From: Bacilli bacterium
Lineage (GTDB): Bacteria; Bacillota_I; Bacilli_A; RF39; UBA660
Reading direction: 5' to 3'
DNA: 64,000 bases
Assembly (NCBI GenBank): GCA_047971315.1
Contig: JBKDZP010000008.1
Span: 65,225 to 129,224, forward strand
The notes beneath the pieces are model-generated. The model saw only the letters and a program-made list of their open reading frames with translations, had not been told where the DNA came from and did no database searches. A program made the position numbers and the translations under genes. This document shows, piece after piece, positions 41,249 to 51,306 of this stretch (the stretch's first letter is position 1; every line of letters starts with the position of its first letter).

Positions 41249-44035
41249 TTATAAGTAGCTAGAAACTATAAGTTTTATGTTTTCTATTTCTTTAAATAGA
41301 CTTATAAAATTTTGGTCAATATAAATTGAATCATTTTCTTTACTCTTCATTTCATGATTTAGTGCGAATTCTGCTAATTTAGTAAATCCTAAATATTTTG
41401 AATCACTTTTTAATGCATGAACTTCTATTGTATAGTTAGACATATCTTTTTCAATTCTATATTTGTTTAGTTTTGTTAATCTATCATTTATCCCATTCAT
41501 AAAATCCTTTAAGGTTTCATTATACATATCTAAATCGCCTAAAAGTTCAATTCCTTGATTGACATCTACACTTTTCTGTTTTAGGTATTCAATATTTCCT
41601 TTTTCAATTTGTTTATCAACATATATTGAAGAAAATTGACTACTTGGTTTATACACAACTGAATTAGAAATATTAGTGTTTAATGGTTTAGGTAAATCTT
41701 CAAAATCTTTTGTAATATCATCAAAAAGTGACTTTTCTAATTTTCCTAATTCTTCTTTTTTAGATAGAACTAAATTTATTATTTTATCAAGCTCTGTTCT
41801 ATTTATAGGTTTCGATATGTAATTATCAAAACCTTCTTTTATATAAGCTTCTCTTGCACCTTCGACTGCATTAGCTGTTAGAACTACTATTGGAAGTTTT
41901 ATCTTCATGTCCTTTAATTTATGCATTGTTTCTGTCCCAGTCATTTCAGGCATCATGTCATCCATGAATATTAAGTCATATTTATTTCCATTTCTTATTT
42001 TATTTAGGCATTCTTGTCCACTTTGCGCCTCATCAATGTCAAAATTGTAAGGTTTTAAAAATGTTGCTGCAATTTTTATATTTATTTTATTGTCATCAAC
42101 AACAAGGACTTTTTTACCACTAAATGCTGAATTAATTTCATTCTGATTTAAATTTGTTGTATCACTAACTTCGGTATTTTGATTCGTTTTAAGTTTTGAG
42201 TTTTCTACATTATTAGATATGTGTAAATATTTTTTCATAACTTGATTTAATTCATCTTTCTCAATCGGTTTTGCTAGATAATCAGCAAAACCTTGTTTAA
42301 TATATTGTTCTTTCATTCCATTAATTGCATTTGCTGTTAAAGCTACAGTTGGAATATCGAATCCTTCAATTTGCTTTAATCTCATTAAGGTTTCAGGTCC
42401 ACGCATTCTTGGCATCATGTCATCCATTAATATAAGATCATATCTATTTCCATTTTTTATTAATTCGATAGCTTCCATACCAGTTTCAACTAGTACATTT
42501 ATGGTGTTGTAAGTTTTTAAAATTTTATCAGCTACTTTTAAATTTAATTTATTATCATCCACTATTAATATCTTTGATCCACTAAAATCAAGATTCTCTT
42601 CTTTTTTGACAATTTTAGCAGTTATTCCTTCATGAATTTTCACTATCTTTTGATTTAGATATACTGTGAATTTTGATCCTTGTCCATATACGCTTTGAAC
42701 TATTATCTTGCCGCCCATCATATCAACAAGTGATTTTGTAATAGCAAGTCCTAGTCCTGTCCCCTCTGTTGTTGTATTTCTATCTTCTTCTAATCTATTA
42801 AATTTAGTAAATAATTTATCAATTTGATCTGGTTTGATACCTCGTCCAGTATCTTCTATTGAAAATACTAATGAGGAATTATCTCCATTATTTACACAGT
42901 TAACATTAAATAATATTTTACCTTTTTCTGTATACTTCACAGCATTTGTTAGAAGATTAGTAACTATTTGTTTTATTTTTCCTAAATCCCCGTACATGAC
43001 TGCTGGAATATCTAACCCAAATTGAGGAATTAACTCAATCGGTTTTTCCCCAATTCTTGGAATCATTAATTTAGCTATATTTTCTAGATTAGGTAGGAGT
43101 TCATAATTGGTATTCACTTTTTCCATTTTATTAGCTTCAATCTTAGATAAATCTAAAATACCATTTACTATTTCAAGTAAGTTTTGAGATGCCATTATTA
43201 TATCATCAGCGTCTTTTTGTGCCTCATTTAAATCATGTTCCGTCTTAATGCATTCTGAAAATCCTACTATTGCATTAAGTGGGGTTCTTATTTCATGACT
43301 CATACTTGATAAAAATTCTGATTTTGCTCTATTAGCCTTTTCAGCATGATCCTTTGCAAAATTCAGTTCCTCTATCATTTTCATATCCGGATTCTCAATT
43401 GTAAAATACATAAGAAAATTAATAAAAACTAATACAAAAGTTATTATCAATGTCTCAGGTGAGATAAATTGAATTATTCCCGCAGACAAACCTGATATAG
43501 CAAATGCTAATAGTGGAATATATTTTTTATTCTTCAAATTTTTTCTATTAACTATTAAACTTATTATCCATATAAGACTACAAATCCCTGCAAAAAAATA
43601 AGTTGTTACTACTGCAGGTCCATATGTATATATTCTTCCATCAGTTGAATAATTGTGAAGCGGAAGAAATGCTATAGCAATAACAAATAAGATATATATT
43701 ATCCAAGTAATAGAAAACCATTTTTGTTTTGGATCAAATTTCATATTTTTATTTGCTATTGAAACTATATATATTGTAAATAAAAGCAGCCAACTTATCA
43801 TGTATATTAAATATACTTTTGATATAGGATTTAACAATACATTATTGAAATCATAAAAAGCTAAAGAAGTACTTATAATATCCAAAATAACTCCAGCAAA
43901 ATTTACTACTATTAGCATAGAAAAAATTTTATTATCTACATTTACTGCTCTCTTTTTTGAAAAATATATAATTGACAACAATACAGTATAAAACAAACTA
44001 GCTATTTGAAAATTTAAAAAATTCACTTCATTCAC
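41249..44035 (-). CDS. Large hybrid sensor kinase: about 6-TM N-terminal sensor, HisKA, HATPase_c, two receiver domains and a C-terminal HPt domain
   Basis: H-box SHEIRTPLNAIVGFSE; GTGLGLAITKSL; REC1 KILIVDDNKLNLKV...DLILMDDMMP; REC2 KVLVVDDNKINIKI...DLIFMDDMMPEMTG; C-terminal HPt-like ...HALKSDSKYLGF; 928 aa. Confidence 0.8.
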   Translation of the reverse strand: MNEVNFLNFQIASLFYTVLLSIIYFSKKRAVNVDNKIFSMLIVVNFAGVILDIISTSLAFYDFNNVLLNPISKVYLIYMISWLLLFTIYIVSIANKNMKFDPKQKWFSITWIIYILFVIAIAFLPLHNYSTDGRIYTYGPAVVTTYFFAGICSLIWIISLIVNRKNLKNKKYIPLLAFAISGLSAGIIQFISPETLIITFVLVFINFLMYFTIENPDMKMIEELNFAKDHAEKANRAKSEFLSSMSHEIRTPLNAIVGFSECIKTEHDLNEAQKDADDIIMASQNLLEIVNGILDLSKIEANKMEKVNTNYELLPNLENIAKLMIPRIGEKPIELIPQFGLDIPAVMYGDLGKIKQIVTNLLTNAVKYTEKGKILFNVNCVNNGDNSSLVFSIEDTGRGIKPDQIDKLFTKFNRLEEDRNTTTEGTGLGLAITKSLVDMMGGKIIVQSVYGQGSKFTVYLNQKIVKIHEGITAKIVKKEENLDFSGSKILIVDDNKLNLKVADKILKTYNTINVLVETGMEAIELIKNGNRYDLILMDDMMPRMRGPETLMRLKQIEGFDIPTVALTANAINGMKEQYIKQGFADYLAKPIEKDELNQVMKKYLHISNNVENSKLKTNQNTEVSDTTNLNQNEINSAFSGKKVLVVDDNKINIKIAATFLKPYNFDIDEAQSGQECLNKIRNGNKYDLIFMDDMMPEMTGTETMHKLKDMKIKLPIVVLTANAVEGAREAYIKEGFDNYISKPINRTELDKIINLVLSKKEELGKLEKSLFDDITKDFEDLPKPLNTNISNSVVYKPSSQFSSIYVDKQIEKGNIEYLKQKSVDVNQGIELLGDLDMYNETLKDFMNGINDRLTKLNKYRIEKDMSNYTIEVHALKSDSKYLGFTKLAEFALNHEMKSKENDSIYIDQNFISLFKEIENIKLIVSSYL

Positions 44036-44146
44036 TCACTCTCTACTATCTTATATAAATAATAATATATATAAATAATAACATAAAAGTGAAAATATTC
44101 AACATTTTAATTGCTAAAATAGTTAAAAAAAACAAAATAATTTATT

Positions 44147-46342
44147 TTATCTTGTTTTCATTTCAGTATTTTGTTCAATTGCAACTTTTTCAAGTGCTTT
44201 AAAATCTATTTTCCCTACATTGGTCAAAGGAAATTCATCAATGGCATTTGTTGTTCTTGGTCTAGAAAAAGCAGTTAACCTTTTTTCGTAGAATAAATCA
44301 ATAGCATAATCTATATCTTTATTCCAAATATAATTAGGTTTCAATTTAATAAAAGCAACCGGAACATCGCCACGTTTTTCATCCGGCCTCTTTACTACAA
44401 CGCTTTTTTCCACAAATGGTAGTGTATTAATTTCTTCTTCAAGTTTATCTAAAATAACTTGTTCCCCATTAATCTTTATCATTCTATCCAGTCTGCCAAC
44501 AACTTCTATCAAACCGTTTTTATGTATGATTGCGCTATCTCCTGTGTGAAGCCAAACATTACCGTCTTCATGTTTTTTTAAAGCATTTTCATTAAATTGA
44601 TTATCATCATATCCTATCATAATCTGTGGTCCAAAAAGGCATAACTCACCAAGCTGCTCATAGTCTATTTCATTTATAGTACCCGGTTGAACAATTTTGG
44701 CAATAGTATTCATATTTGGCACACCATCATATATTATTCCGCCAGCTGTTTCAGTTAGCCCATACCCATCGCGAGTTTCAGCCTTGGAATTGCGATTTTT
44801 AAAAAACTCATTAGTATTACTTTTTTCAGTATCATCAATTTTTGAACCACCAGAAAGAACATACTTCACATGAGATAAATCAGCGTTTTTCATTTTTTCA
44901 TTATTTCGAATTGCAGGAAACATATTAGGAATTCCACCAAAAATATTTACCTTGTCTTTCAAAAATAATTTATCTAGGCGTTTAAAATCTATTTTCATTA
45001 TTATATCAAGATTTACTCCTAATGTAGCTGCAACATGAGTTCCTATAATTAATCCAAAAGAATGGTTAAGTGGCATAAAAGCCGCAATTTTATCTCCACG
45101 TTTAAAATCAAACCTGTCATTATAAAATTGCTTAGATGATGAATCTAAATTTTCCTCAGTTAGCATAACGCCTTTTGGTCTAATTGTCCCACCTGTATAT
45201 AATTGCACAGCAGTATAATCATTATCATAGGCGGTATCAACATCTCCTACATAATTAGTATTTTTCCCTCTATATTCATTATACGAAATATATTGTTCAT
45301 TATAAGAAACTGGCTTAATCCCTAGTTTTGGCATTATAATTTTCTTAAAAGCTAAAGATAATGGCTTAGACATAGAATTAGTAACTGGAAGTACAATAAC
45401 CTTATCATCTTTTGGAACACTGTTTTTAATTCTTCCATATACTAAATCTGATATAAACATAATATTTGTTTCAAATCCATCAGTTTTGTTTTGTTCATTA
45501 ATGCTAGATAATTTATTTTTAAAATCTTCTTCTGTTGATAATGGAAAAATTGGTACTACAGTCGCTTTTGCTTTAAAAAGAGCATATAAAGTTATAATCG
45601 ATTCTGGAGTGTTCGCAACAACTATAGGTACTCTAACACCTTTTTTTATTCCATTTTCTAGCATACTATTACAAGTCGCATCTATTTCATCTATAAATTC
45701 TTTATAAGTGAATTTTTTGCCAAAAAATTCCATAGCTGCTTCATCATAAAAATCAGCATTTGATGTTACTAATCTGTCATAAGGTGACATGTTTTCTTTA
45801 GTCCATTTAAAATCACCAATCCTATATTTTTTTAACCAAAATTTATCTTCAGAAGGTAATCCCTTTGATTCTACATTATAATCCATTACAAACTTTCTAT
45901 TTTTATCAATATTTTCTAATACTTCACTAAGTAGATCTTCAAAATTTTTATCATTAGAAAAGTTTATTGCATCTGTAAAATCAGAAATTTTTTTAGCTAC
46001 TTCTGGATCCGATTCTATAGATATATCTATATGATTTCTTTTTGCTACCTTTATTAAATCTTCTTCATTAACTATTGCTAATTTACTAAAATCAAATCCT
46101 TCTTCTTGAAATTTTTTTATCAATCTTTTTTTGATTTTTAATTTCATCTTTTCACTTAACTCAACTGAAGTTGGTGAAAAGATGTATACTTCATGATTTT
46201 CTTCTTTTAATATTTCAAAAGTCTTTTTTAATTGCTCGCTAAGTTCTATTTTCTTTAGCATTTTTGCATACTCTTTTTCGTCTTTAACAAGCTTAAAAGA
46301 GTTTAGTTTTGATATTGCTTCTAAATTAAATCCTATCTTCAT
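44147..46342 (-). CDS. AMP-dependent synthetase/ligase (acyl-CoA / acyl-ACP synthetase-like) with an about 170-aa N-terminal extension
   Basis: Adenylate-forming motifs YTGGTIRPKGVMLT (A3-like), DGYGLTET (A5), WLHTGDSAIIHKNGLIEVVGRLDRMIKINGEQV (A7/A8); 731 aa. Confidence 0.75.
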   Translation of the reverse strand: MKIGFNLEAISKLNSFKLVKDEKEYAKMLKKIELSEQLKKTFEILKEENHEVYIFSPTSVELSEKMKLKIKKRLIKKFQEEGFDFSKLAIVNEEDLIKVAKRNHIDISIESDPEVAKKISDFTDAINFSNDKNFEDLLSEVLENIDKNRKFVMDYNVESKGLPSEDKFWLKKYRIGDFKWTKENMSPYDRLVTSNADFYDEAAMEFFGKKFTYKEFIDEIDATCNSMLENGIKKGVRVPIVVANTPESIITLYALFKAKATVVPIFPLSTEEDFKNKLSSINEQNKTDGFETNIMFISDLVYGRIKNSVPKDDKVIVLPVTNSMSKPLSLAFKKIIMPKLGIKPVSYNEQYISYNEYRGKNTNYVGDVDTAYDNDYTAVQLYTGGTIRPKGVMLTEENLDSSSKQFYNDRFDFKRGDKIAAFMPLNHSFGLIIGTHVAATLGVNLDIIMKIDFKRLDKLFLKDKVNIFGGIPNMFPAIRNNEKMKNADLSHVKYVLSGGSKIDDTEKSNTNEFFKNRNSKAETRDGYGLTETAGGIIYDGVPNMNTIAKIVQPGTINEIDYEQLGELCLFGPQIMIGYDDNQFNENALKKHEDGNVWLHTGDSAIIHKNGLIEVVGRLDRMIKINGEQVILDKLEEEINTLPFVEKSVVVKRPDEKRGDVPVAFIKLKPNYIWNKDIDYAIDLFYEKRLTAFSRPRTTNAIDEFPLTNVGKIDFKALEKVAIEQNTEMKTR

Positions 46343-46354
46343 AATTCCCCCCTA

Positions 46355-47851
46355 TTATAATAACTTATTAGATATTTTTTCAATTTCTATGTTATTAGGC
46401 ATTTCAACTTCTTTTAAATAATCATTGTATTTTCTTGTTTCTTTATCAATTTCTGAAATTCTATTATTCTTCTTTAAATAATATATATTATTTTCAAAAC
46501 TTAATTTTGCAATTTCAAGTTCCAATTTTTTATTTACTTCTTCCAAATCGTCAATTGGATTTACAAAAATAAATTCACCAAATCTAACCACCGTATCATT
46601 TCCAAATGCATTAGTTGCAACTGGTAGAATACCTGTTCCTGTTTTTTGAGCTAAGGCAACAGTTCCTAATTTGAATCTATTTTGAAATCTTGATTTGCCT
46701 TCTTCTGTTTTATTTTTTCTCGTTCCCTCTGGAAATATCAATGCAATTCTATCATGGGCAACGTATTTTGACATAAGTTCAGAAGATTCTTTTTTATTTT
46801 CAAGATCATTTCTATCAACAAAAATTCCAAGTCCTGTTACTTTAAATAATTTTCCTCTAAATGAATCTTCTATTTCTTTTGCAGCATATCCAACGAAAGG
46901 TCTATTTCCTAGTGCTATTCCAAGCCTATACTGATCCGTACTGTTACTATGATTTGATGCTATTATAAAACCATTTTGATAAGGTACTTTTTCTTTACCA
47001 AAAATATCGATTTTATAAAATGATTTTATAGGATATTTGAGTGAAGAATAAATCAATTTAAATCTTTTATCACCTTTTTTAAAAGCATCTTGATTTACAT
47101 TAATATTTTTTAAATAATTTTTGTAAGAATTAAAATATTCTATTTTTTTTTGATTTGTTAAACTTTCAAGTTCTACTTTTTCCTTTTTTAAAAATTCTAT
47201 TTTTCCTTTATTTTCTTTTTCCTGCTTCATTTTTTTCAAAATTGTTTTTACTTGAATCCAATCAGATACATGCCTTATATTTTCATGATTTGTATTTAAA
47301 TTATATGGTGCGTCAATCATAATAACTTTAATTCCATTTTTTGTTAAAAATAATGCAACATCTGGTTTATCCTCAATCATTACGTCAACATTTAATTTTT
47401 TACAAGCTAAAAGTTTTTCTTCTGGACTTCTTTCCTCTGAACAAAATTGGAAAGAAGAAAAATTAATATTATATTTTTTCAACCATTCTTTAAACCATTT
47501 TCTTGCAAGCTTACCTAATTTACTATTACTTGTAGCAAATTTTCTAGCAGTAATTGAGTGAAAATCAAGACCTTCATCAGTAAGTTCATTTATAACTTCT
47601 GGTGCAAATTCTCTCGGTTCTTCATTCTTACAATAATTAATATAAATCTTAAATGCCTTTGAATATAATATAAATTTTGGAATGTTACTTATATCAAATT
47701 GCTCTTCTAAAGAATATTTTTCTGGGCATATAGGTTCTCTTTTAAAGACTTTTTTACCTTCTCTAATATTGTGACTTGAAAGATTAGTTAAAATTCCGTC
47801 AGCATCACACCCTACTACAAAATTGACTTTATCTAATTCAATATTTTCCAT
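46355..47851 (-). CDS. Fusion protein: N-terminal HAD-superfamily (nucleotidase/phosphatase-like) domain + C-terminal 1-acyl-glycerol-3-phosphate acyltransferase (PlsC/LPLAT) domain
   Basis: N-terminus FVVGCDADGILTN (HAD motif I-like, DxDG). The C-terminal half has the acyltransferase HX4D-type motif IIASNHSNSTDQ and FPEGTR. 498 aa. Confidence 0.7.
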   Translation of the reverse strand: MENIELDKVNFVVGCDADGILTNLSSHNIREGKKVFKREPICPEKYSLEEQFDISNIPKFILYSKAFKIYINYCKNEEPREFAPEVINELTDEGLDFHSITARKFATSNSKLGKLARKWFKEWLKKYNINFSSFQFCSEERSPEEKLLACKKLNVDVMIEDKPDVALFLTKNGIKVIMIDAPYNLNTNHENIRHVSDWIQVKTILKKMKQEKENKGKIEFLKKEKVELESLTNQKKIEYFNSYKNYLKNINVNQDAFKKGDKRFKLIYSSLKYPIKSFYKIDIFGKEKVPYQNGFIIASNHSNSTDQYRLGIALGNRPFVGYAAKEIEDSFRGKLFKVTGLGIFVDRNDLENKKESSELMSKYVAHDRIALIFPEGTRKNKTEEGKSRFQNRFKLGTVALAQKTGTGILPVATNAFGNDTVVRFGEFIFVNPIDDLEEVNKKLELEIAKLSFENNIYYLKKNNRISEIDKETRKYNDYLKEVEMPNNIEIEKISNKLL

Positions 47852-47904
47852 AATTATCTCCCTTTTGTATAAACTAAAAATTCACTTAACTTATTTACAT
47901 AAAA

Positions 47905-48083
47905 CTATTATTACACAAAAATGATACATTTTCAATAATATCTTTTAAATATTCTACTGTAAAGTAACTTACTCCAATTGACTTAACTTTCCCATCTTTA
48001 TATAATTCTGCTTTTGCTAATATACAAACATTTGCTGGTAAAAATATACTTCCTACGCATAAACATATTAAACCATTTTTTTA
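47905..48083 (-). pseudogene. Remnant of an aldo/keto reductase gene
   Basis: My translation of the minus strand gives ...LYKDGKVKSIGVSYFTVEYLKDII..., matching the AKR signature L..GK.K.IGVSNF. The fragment is short, with no start and a truncated end. Confidence 0.3.
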
Positions 48084-48265
48084 ATTATATATAGTTTATA
48101 ATCATAACCATATATTATGATGTCAATCTGTTCAACCATAAATAAATTTCCAAATATAATAATTTTTTTAATGAGTTGATCTTATCTAAATAGTTAATCT
48201 TATTCAGATCATCAATCTATACCATGAATATCAAAAATAAATAATATACTATTGTCATTCATTAA

Positions 48266-48747
48266 TTAAATTATATAGTCTAAAAGTTCTTTACTAATTT
48301 CATTATATACAGAATCTGTCTTTTCTTTTTCACCTTCCACTGCTACTACAAACATAACTTCAGGGGAATTATAGGAATCTAATTCAAATGTTATATCATC
48401 TTTTTGATAAACATATCTTGTTCTATCTAGAATTTTATCCTCTTTATATCCAAGAAAATCAATAATAGACATAACCGCTTCATCATCTTCAAATTGATTG
48501 GCAATGATTCTCTTCTTACAATTAGTACCTCATCAGACATGTTATCATCTTTAAAATCGAAAAGTTTTTTAGAACTACCATTCTTTTCTTTAATAGTAAT
48601 TCTAGCCATTGTTTTATCTTCCTTCTTAAACAATTTTCTAATTTGTTTACTTTCCTCTATTTTTTCATAATTGTTTTTCTCACAATATTGTATAAATGGA
48701 TCCAATGTTTTAACTTTAAAACTGTACTTATATTCTTCATTATTCAT
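48266..48747 (-). pseudogene. CYTH-domain-like protein gene split by a frameshift near 48525
   Basis: ORFs 48427..48747 and 48266..48472 overlap in different frames. Extending the second frame upstream gives ...KKRIIANQFEDDEAVMSIIDFLGYKEDKILDRTRYVYQKDDITFELDSY...EVMFVVAVEGE, continuous with the first ORF apart from one indel at the aagaagag run. The pattern R..Y..D..FELD...E.E resembles a CYTH/CyaB-like C-terminus. Confidence 0.45.
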
Positions 48748-48759
48748 TTTATTTTCTCA

Positions 48760-49275
48760 CTTTCTGTAATACTGGATTAGGATACACAAATCTTGTCATC
48801 ATTTGAAACTCTGGGTATGGACTTAAAAAATGCATTACTGTTACACAGGCATCATCAGTAGAATGAACTAAATTTGTTACTATCGGATCCCATACAATTT
48901 CATTTCCATCAAACTATTCTACTTTGTGTTTCATTATGATTCTACCATATGTATTTCTAATTTATTTTTTAATTATACCAGTTTTTTCGGGATTTTCATT
49001 TATTAAAAAAATTTTCCCATCTCCATTCATAGATCTTTCATATTTATATCCATGTGGATAAAAGCACTGCATTTAAGTAAGATTGAACAATTTAATATTT
49101 AATCCCATATTAACATATTGCTCAGCAATTGCTCCATTTTCTCTTTTTAAAAATTTATCTCTTACAGATGATGCAATTCCTAATTTATATCATTTATCTT
49201 CCTAGCATCAATCTCTTTACTTAAAGTTGTTTTTCCAACTCCTAGCAATCCCTCTAAAAAAATTATTCTATTCAT
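48760..49275 (-). pseudogene. Decayed P-loop nucleoside/nucleotide-kinase-like gene
   Basis: Intact start with an AGGAGA RBS 7 nt upstream of the ATG at 49275. The translation gives MNRIIFLEGLLGVGKTTLSKEIDARKINDIN* (P-loop GxxGxGKTT). It then continues in shifting frames with multiple stops (TAA/TAG/TGA). Confidence 0.4.
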
Positions 49276-49531
49276 TTTTTCTCCTTTAATTTCCAAAATT
49301 ACTACAAATTTATATTAATTATAAGGTACTACTAAAATTTATCATGTATTATATCATTATTTTGCTTTATGTTAAATATTTAATTTATTATATATAATAT
49401 AAAAAATATAAGTTATTTTATATACCTTTTAAAAGTAATATATTATTCATCAATATCAAAAAAATCAGTTAATTAAAATATTTAAAATTTGAAAATATAT
49501 CAAACTTTCTTTAACTAGAATGACTTTTTTA

Positions 49532-49801
49532 TTACTTTTTTTTTACAGAATTTTTAGAAGTTCCATTTTTATTATTTATTAATTGTTCATATAACCATAT
49601 AGCTTGTTTTTCAGTAACTATTTTATTTGTTGCATCTAAATCTTTAACATAGTACTTTGAAATTGGAATACCTTTGATCAAATCAATTATATTTTCTGTA
49701 TTAATTAAAAATCCCATCATATCATTTTTATAATCTATTACTTCAGTACCTCTATCAAAAAACAAAAATGTTTCTCCTCTATCAATTATTGCTTTATACA
49801 T
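49532..49801 (-). CDS. Hypothetical protein (89 aa)
   Basis: ORF only; basic C-terminus. Confidence 0.3.
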   Translation of the reverse strand: MYKAIIDRGETFLFFDRGTEVIDYKNDMMGFLINTENIIDLIKGIPISKYYVKDLDATNKIVTEKQAIWLYEQLINNKNGTSKNSVKKK

Positions 49802-49926
49802 TATTACACCAACCTTTTTAATTGATTGTTATATTAACATATAATTCATTTTAAAGCAATTATTTAAATATATTATATATCCATAATGTCATCAAAATTA
49901 ATTCTCATATTAAGTAATATTAAGGA

Positions 49927-50175
49927 TTAATTTGTAACATCAACGGATTTAACTATTCCACAAGTTTCAATATAATTTAAATCAAAATAATATGTTACTT
50001 TTATATTCATTACTTTTTTTACTTTTTTTAACTTTTCATCTAATATAATTAGAAAGTCGCTAGAAAAATCTTTCTTTTCTAATTTTTGTTTTTCTACAAA
50101 ATATAGCATTTCTCTAAATCCTTTTAAAGCATAAAAAGGCATAAATTGTTTTGCTCTTTCAATATTATTCTGCAA
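49927..50175 (-). CDS. YolD-like protein (UmuD-functional-analogue family that accompanies Y-family polymerases)
   Basis: MQNNIERAKQFMPFYALKGFRE..., with the characteristic FMPFaAL.G motif of YolD-like proteins. It lies directly downstream of the polymerase remnant, as in yqjW-yqjX. Confidence 0.55.
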   Translation of the reverse strand: MQNNIERAKQFMPFYALKGFREMLYFVEKQKLEKKDFSSDFLIILDEKLKKVKKVMNIKVTYYFDLNYIETCGIVKSVDVTN

Positions 50176-50840
50176 TATGACCTCCTACTAGTTTATTTCT
50201 ATTTCTTTGTGTAGATCCCTCTGAATAACTTGTACATCTTAATATTGAATTGCTTCCATATTTGTTTTTTATATTATTCATTACTTTTTCAATTTTATTA
50301 TCTTTTTCTTCAATTAAGTGAGTTGAAAAAATATCAATCTGTTCTAATCTTTTTTCTATTCCTTTCCTATCTGCCAAAAGTCTGTCAGAGGCGTATGATA
50401 CCATAACTCTTGTTTATACTTTTCTTCATCTAAATAACCAATATTGAATTTAACATGTTTTGCTGGTATATCTAAGGCTATTTTAGTCAAATAATTTGGA
50501 TTCATTTTTTTTGCGCTTTCTATAAATATATTATATACCGGTTTAGCACTTGCTCCATTTACATCATCCATTAACTGATAAGGTGGATTACCTACAATTG
50601 CATCAAATTTCATTTTTTCACCATCCTTGTTCCAAGTTTTTGGATTTAATATCTTTGAAATAACTTTATCATCATTTTTTTTAAATCTTCTTTTAAAGTA
50701 GGAATATTAATGATGTTAGTACTATAATCATTATATCCAGAAAGTGTTCTTTTTGTGATAGATTTTGACATATCAGTTTTACATAATACAAAGATGTATT
50801 CTTCTAATGGTTTTTCCACAAAACTTTTTGTAGTTCTTTA
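50165..50840 (-). pseudogene. Degraded Y-family (UmuC/UvrX/DinB-like) DNA polymerase gene
   Basis: The fragments occur in three frames. First, ...YIFVLCKTDMSKS... (compare UmuC MFALCDVNAFYAS). Second, ...NYLTKIALDIPAKHVKF...PLTDFWQIGKE (compare DinB FLAKIASDMNKPNG...LPL..IPGVGK). Third, the C-terminal ...KYGSNSILRCTS... The fragments are interrupted by stops and frameshifts. Confidence 0.5.
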
Positions 50841-50852
50841 TCCATTTCATCT

Positions 50853-51110
50853 TCATACATATTTTTTAATAGAATTCATATTTACATTTAAAATTTTTGA
50901 AATCTCTAAAGTTCTTTCTTCTTTAGGATTTCTGTTTCCTTTTTCATATCTAGTCATTGTTCTTCTTTTACATTCTCCCGTTAAACCTAATTTATTTGAT
51001 ATATCATCTTGAGACATCAATCTAAATTGTCTAACATAAGCAATTCTTGAACCTTGTGATAAATCCCTTAATTTGGGCTTAGTATAAATTAATCGCATTT
51101 TACATAACAC
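50853..51110 (-). CDS. XRE-family (Cro/CI-type HTH) transcriptional regulator
   Basis: 85 aa; RIAYVRQFRLMSQDDISNKLGLTGECKRRTMTRYEKGNRNP matches the HTH_XRE pattern. Confidence 0.7.
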   Translation of the reverse strand: MLCKMRLIYTKPKLRDLSQGSRIAYVRQFRLMSQDDISNKLGLTGECKRRTMTRYEKGNRNPKEERTLEISKILNVNMNSIKKYV

Positions 51111-51140
51111 CTATTACTCGTCGCACATCAGCTCTTTTAT

Positions 51141-51186
51141 ATCAAAAAAAGACTAAGATTTGCGACAAAAAGTCATCTTAGTCTTA
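51141..51186 (-). terminator. Strong rho-independent terminator downstream of ppdK
   Basis: 11-bp perfect stem aagactaagat / atcttagtctt (51149-51185), followed on the minus strand by tttttttt. Confidence 0.6.
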
Positions 51187-51306
51187 AAATTAATATAATT
51201 TTTATCAATTAGAAGTTTTATTTACAATATAATCAATTTTAAAAATTTCTTTTCAAAATCACTTAATCCTTATATTATATAGAATAATTTACTTCAAAAT
51301 CGTTAA

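Noticed and set aside
50356-50613. ORF beginning MKFDAIVGNPPYQ… looked like the NPPY motif IV of an N6-adenine DNA methyltransferase (possible R-M remnant)
   Set aside because: Downstream in the same ORF, …NYLTKIALDIPAKHVKF…PLTDFWQIGKE aligns far better with the DinB/UmuC palm region (FLAKIASDMNKPNG…LPL.KIPGVGK). The neighbours are a polymerase C-terminal fragment and yolD. No FxGxG AdoMet motif or target-recognition domain can be found upstream. I interpret it as part of the degraded Y-family polymerase, not a methyltransferase.
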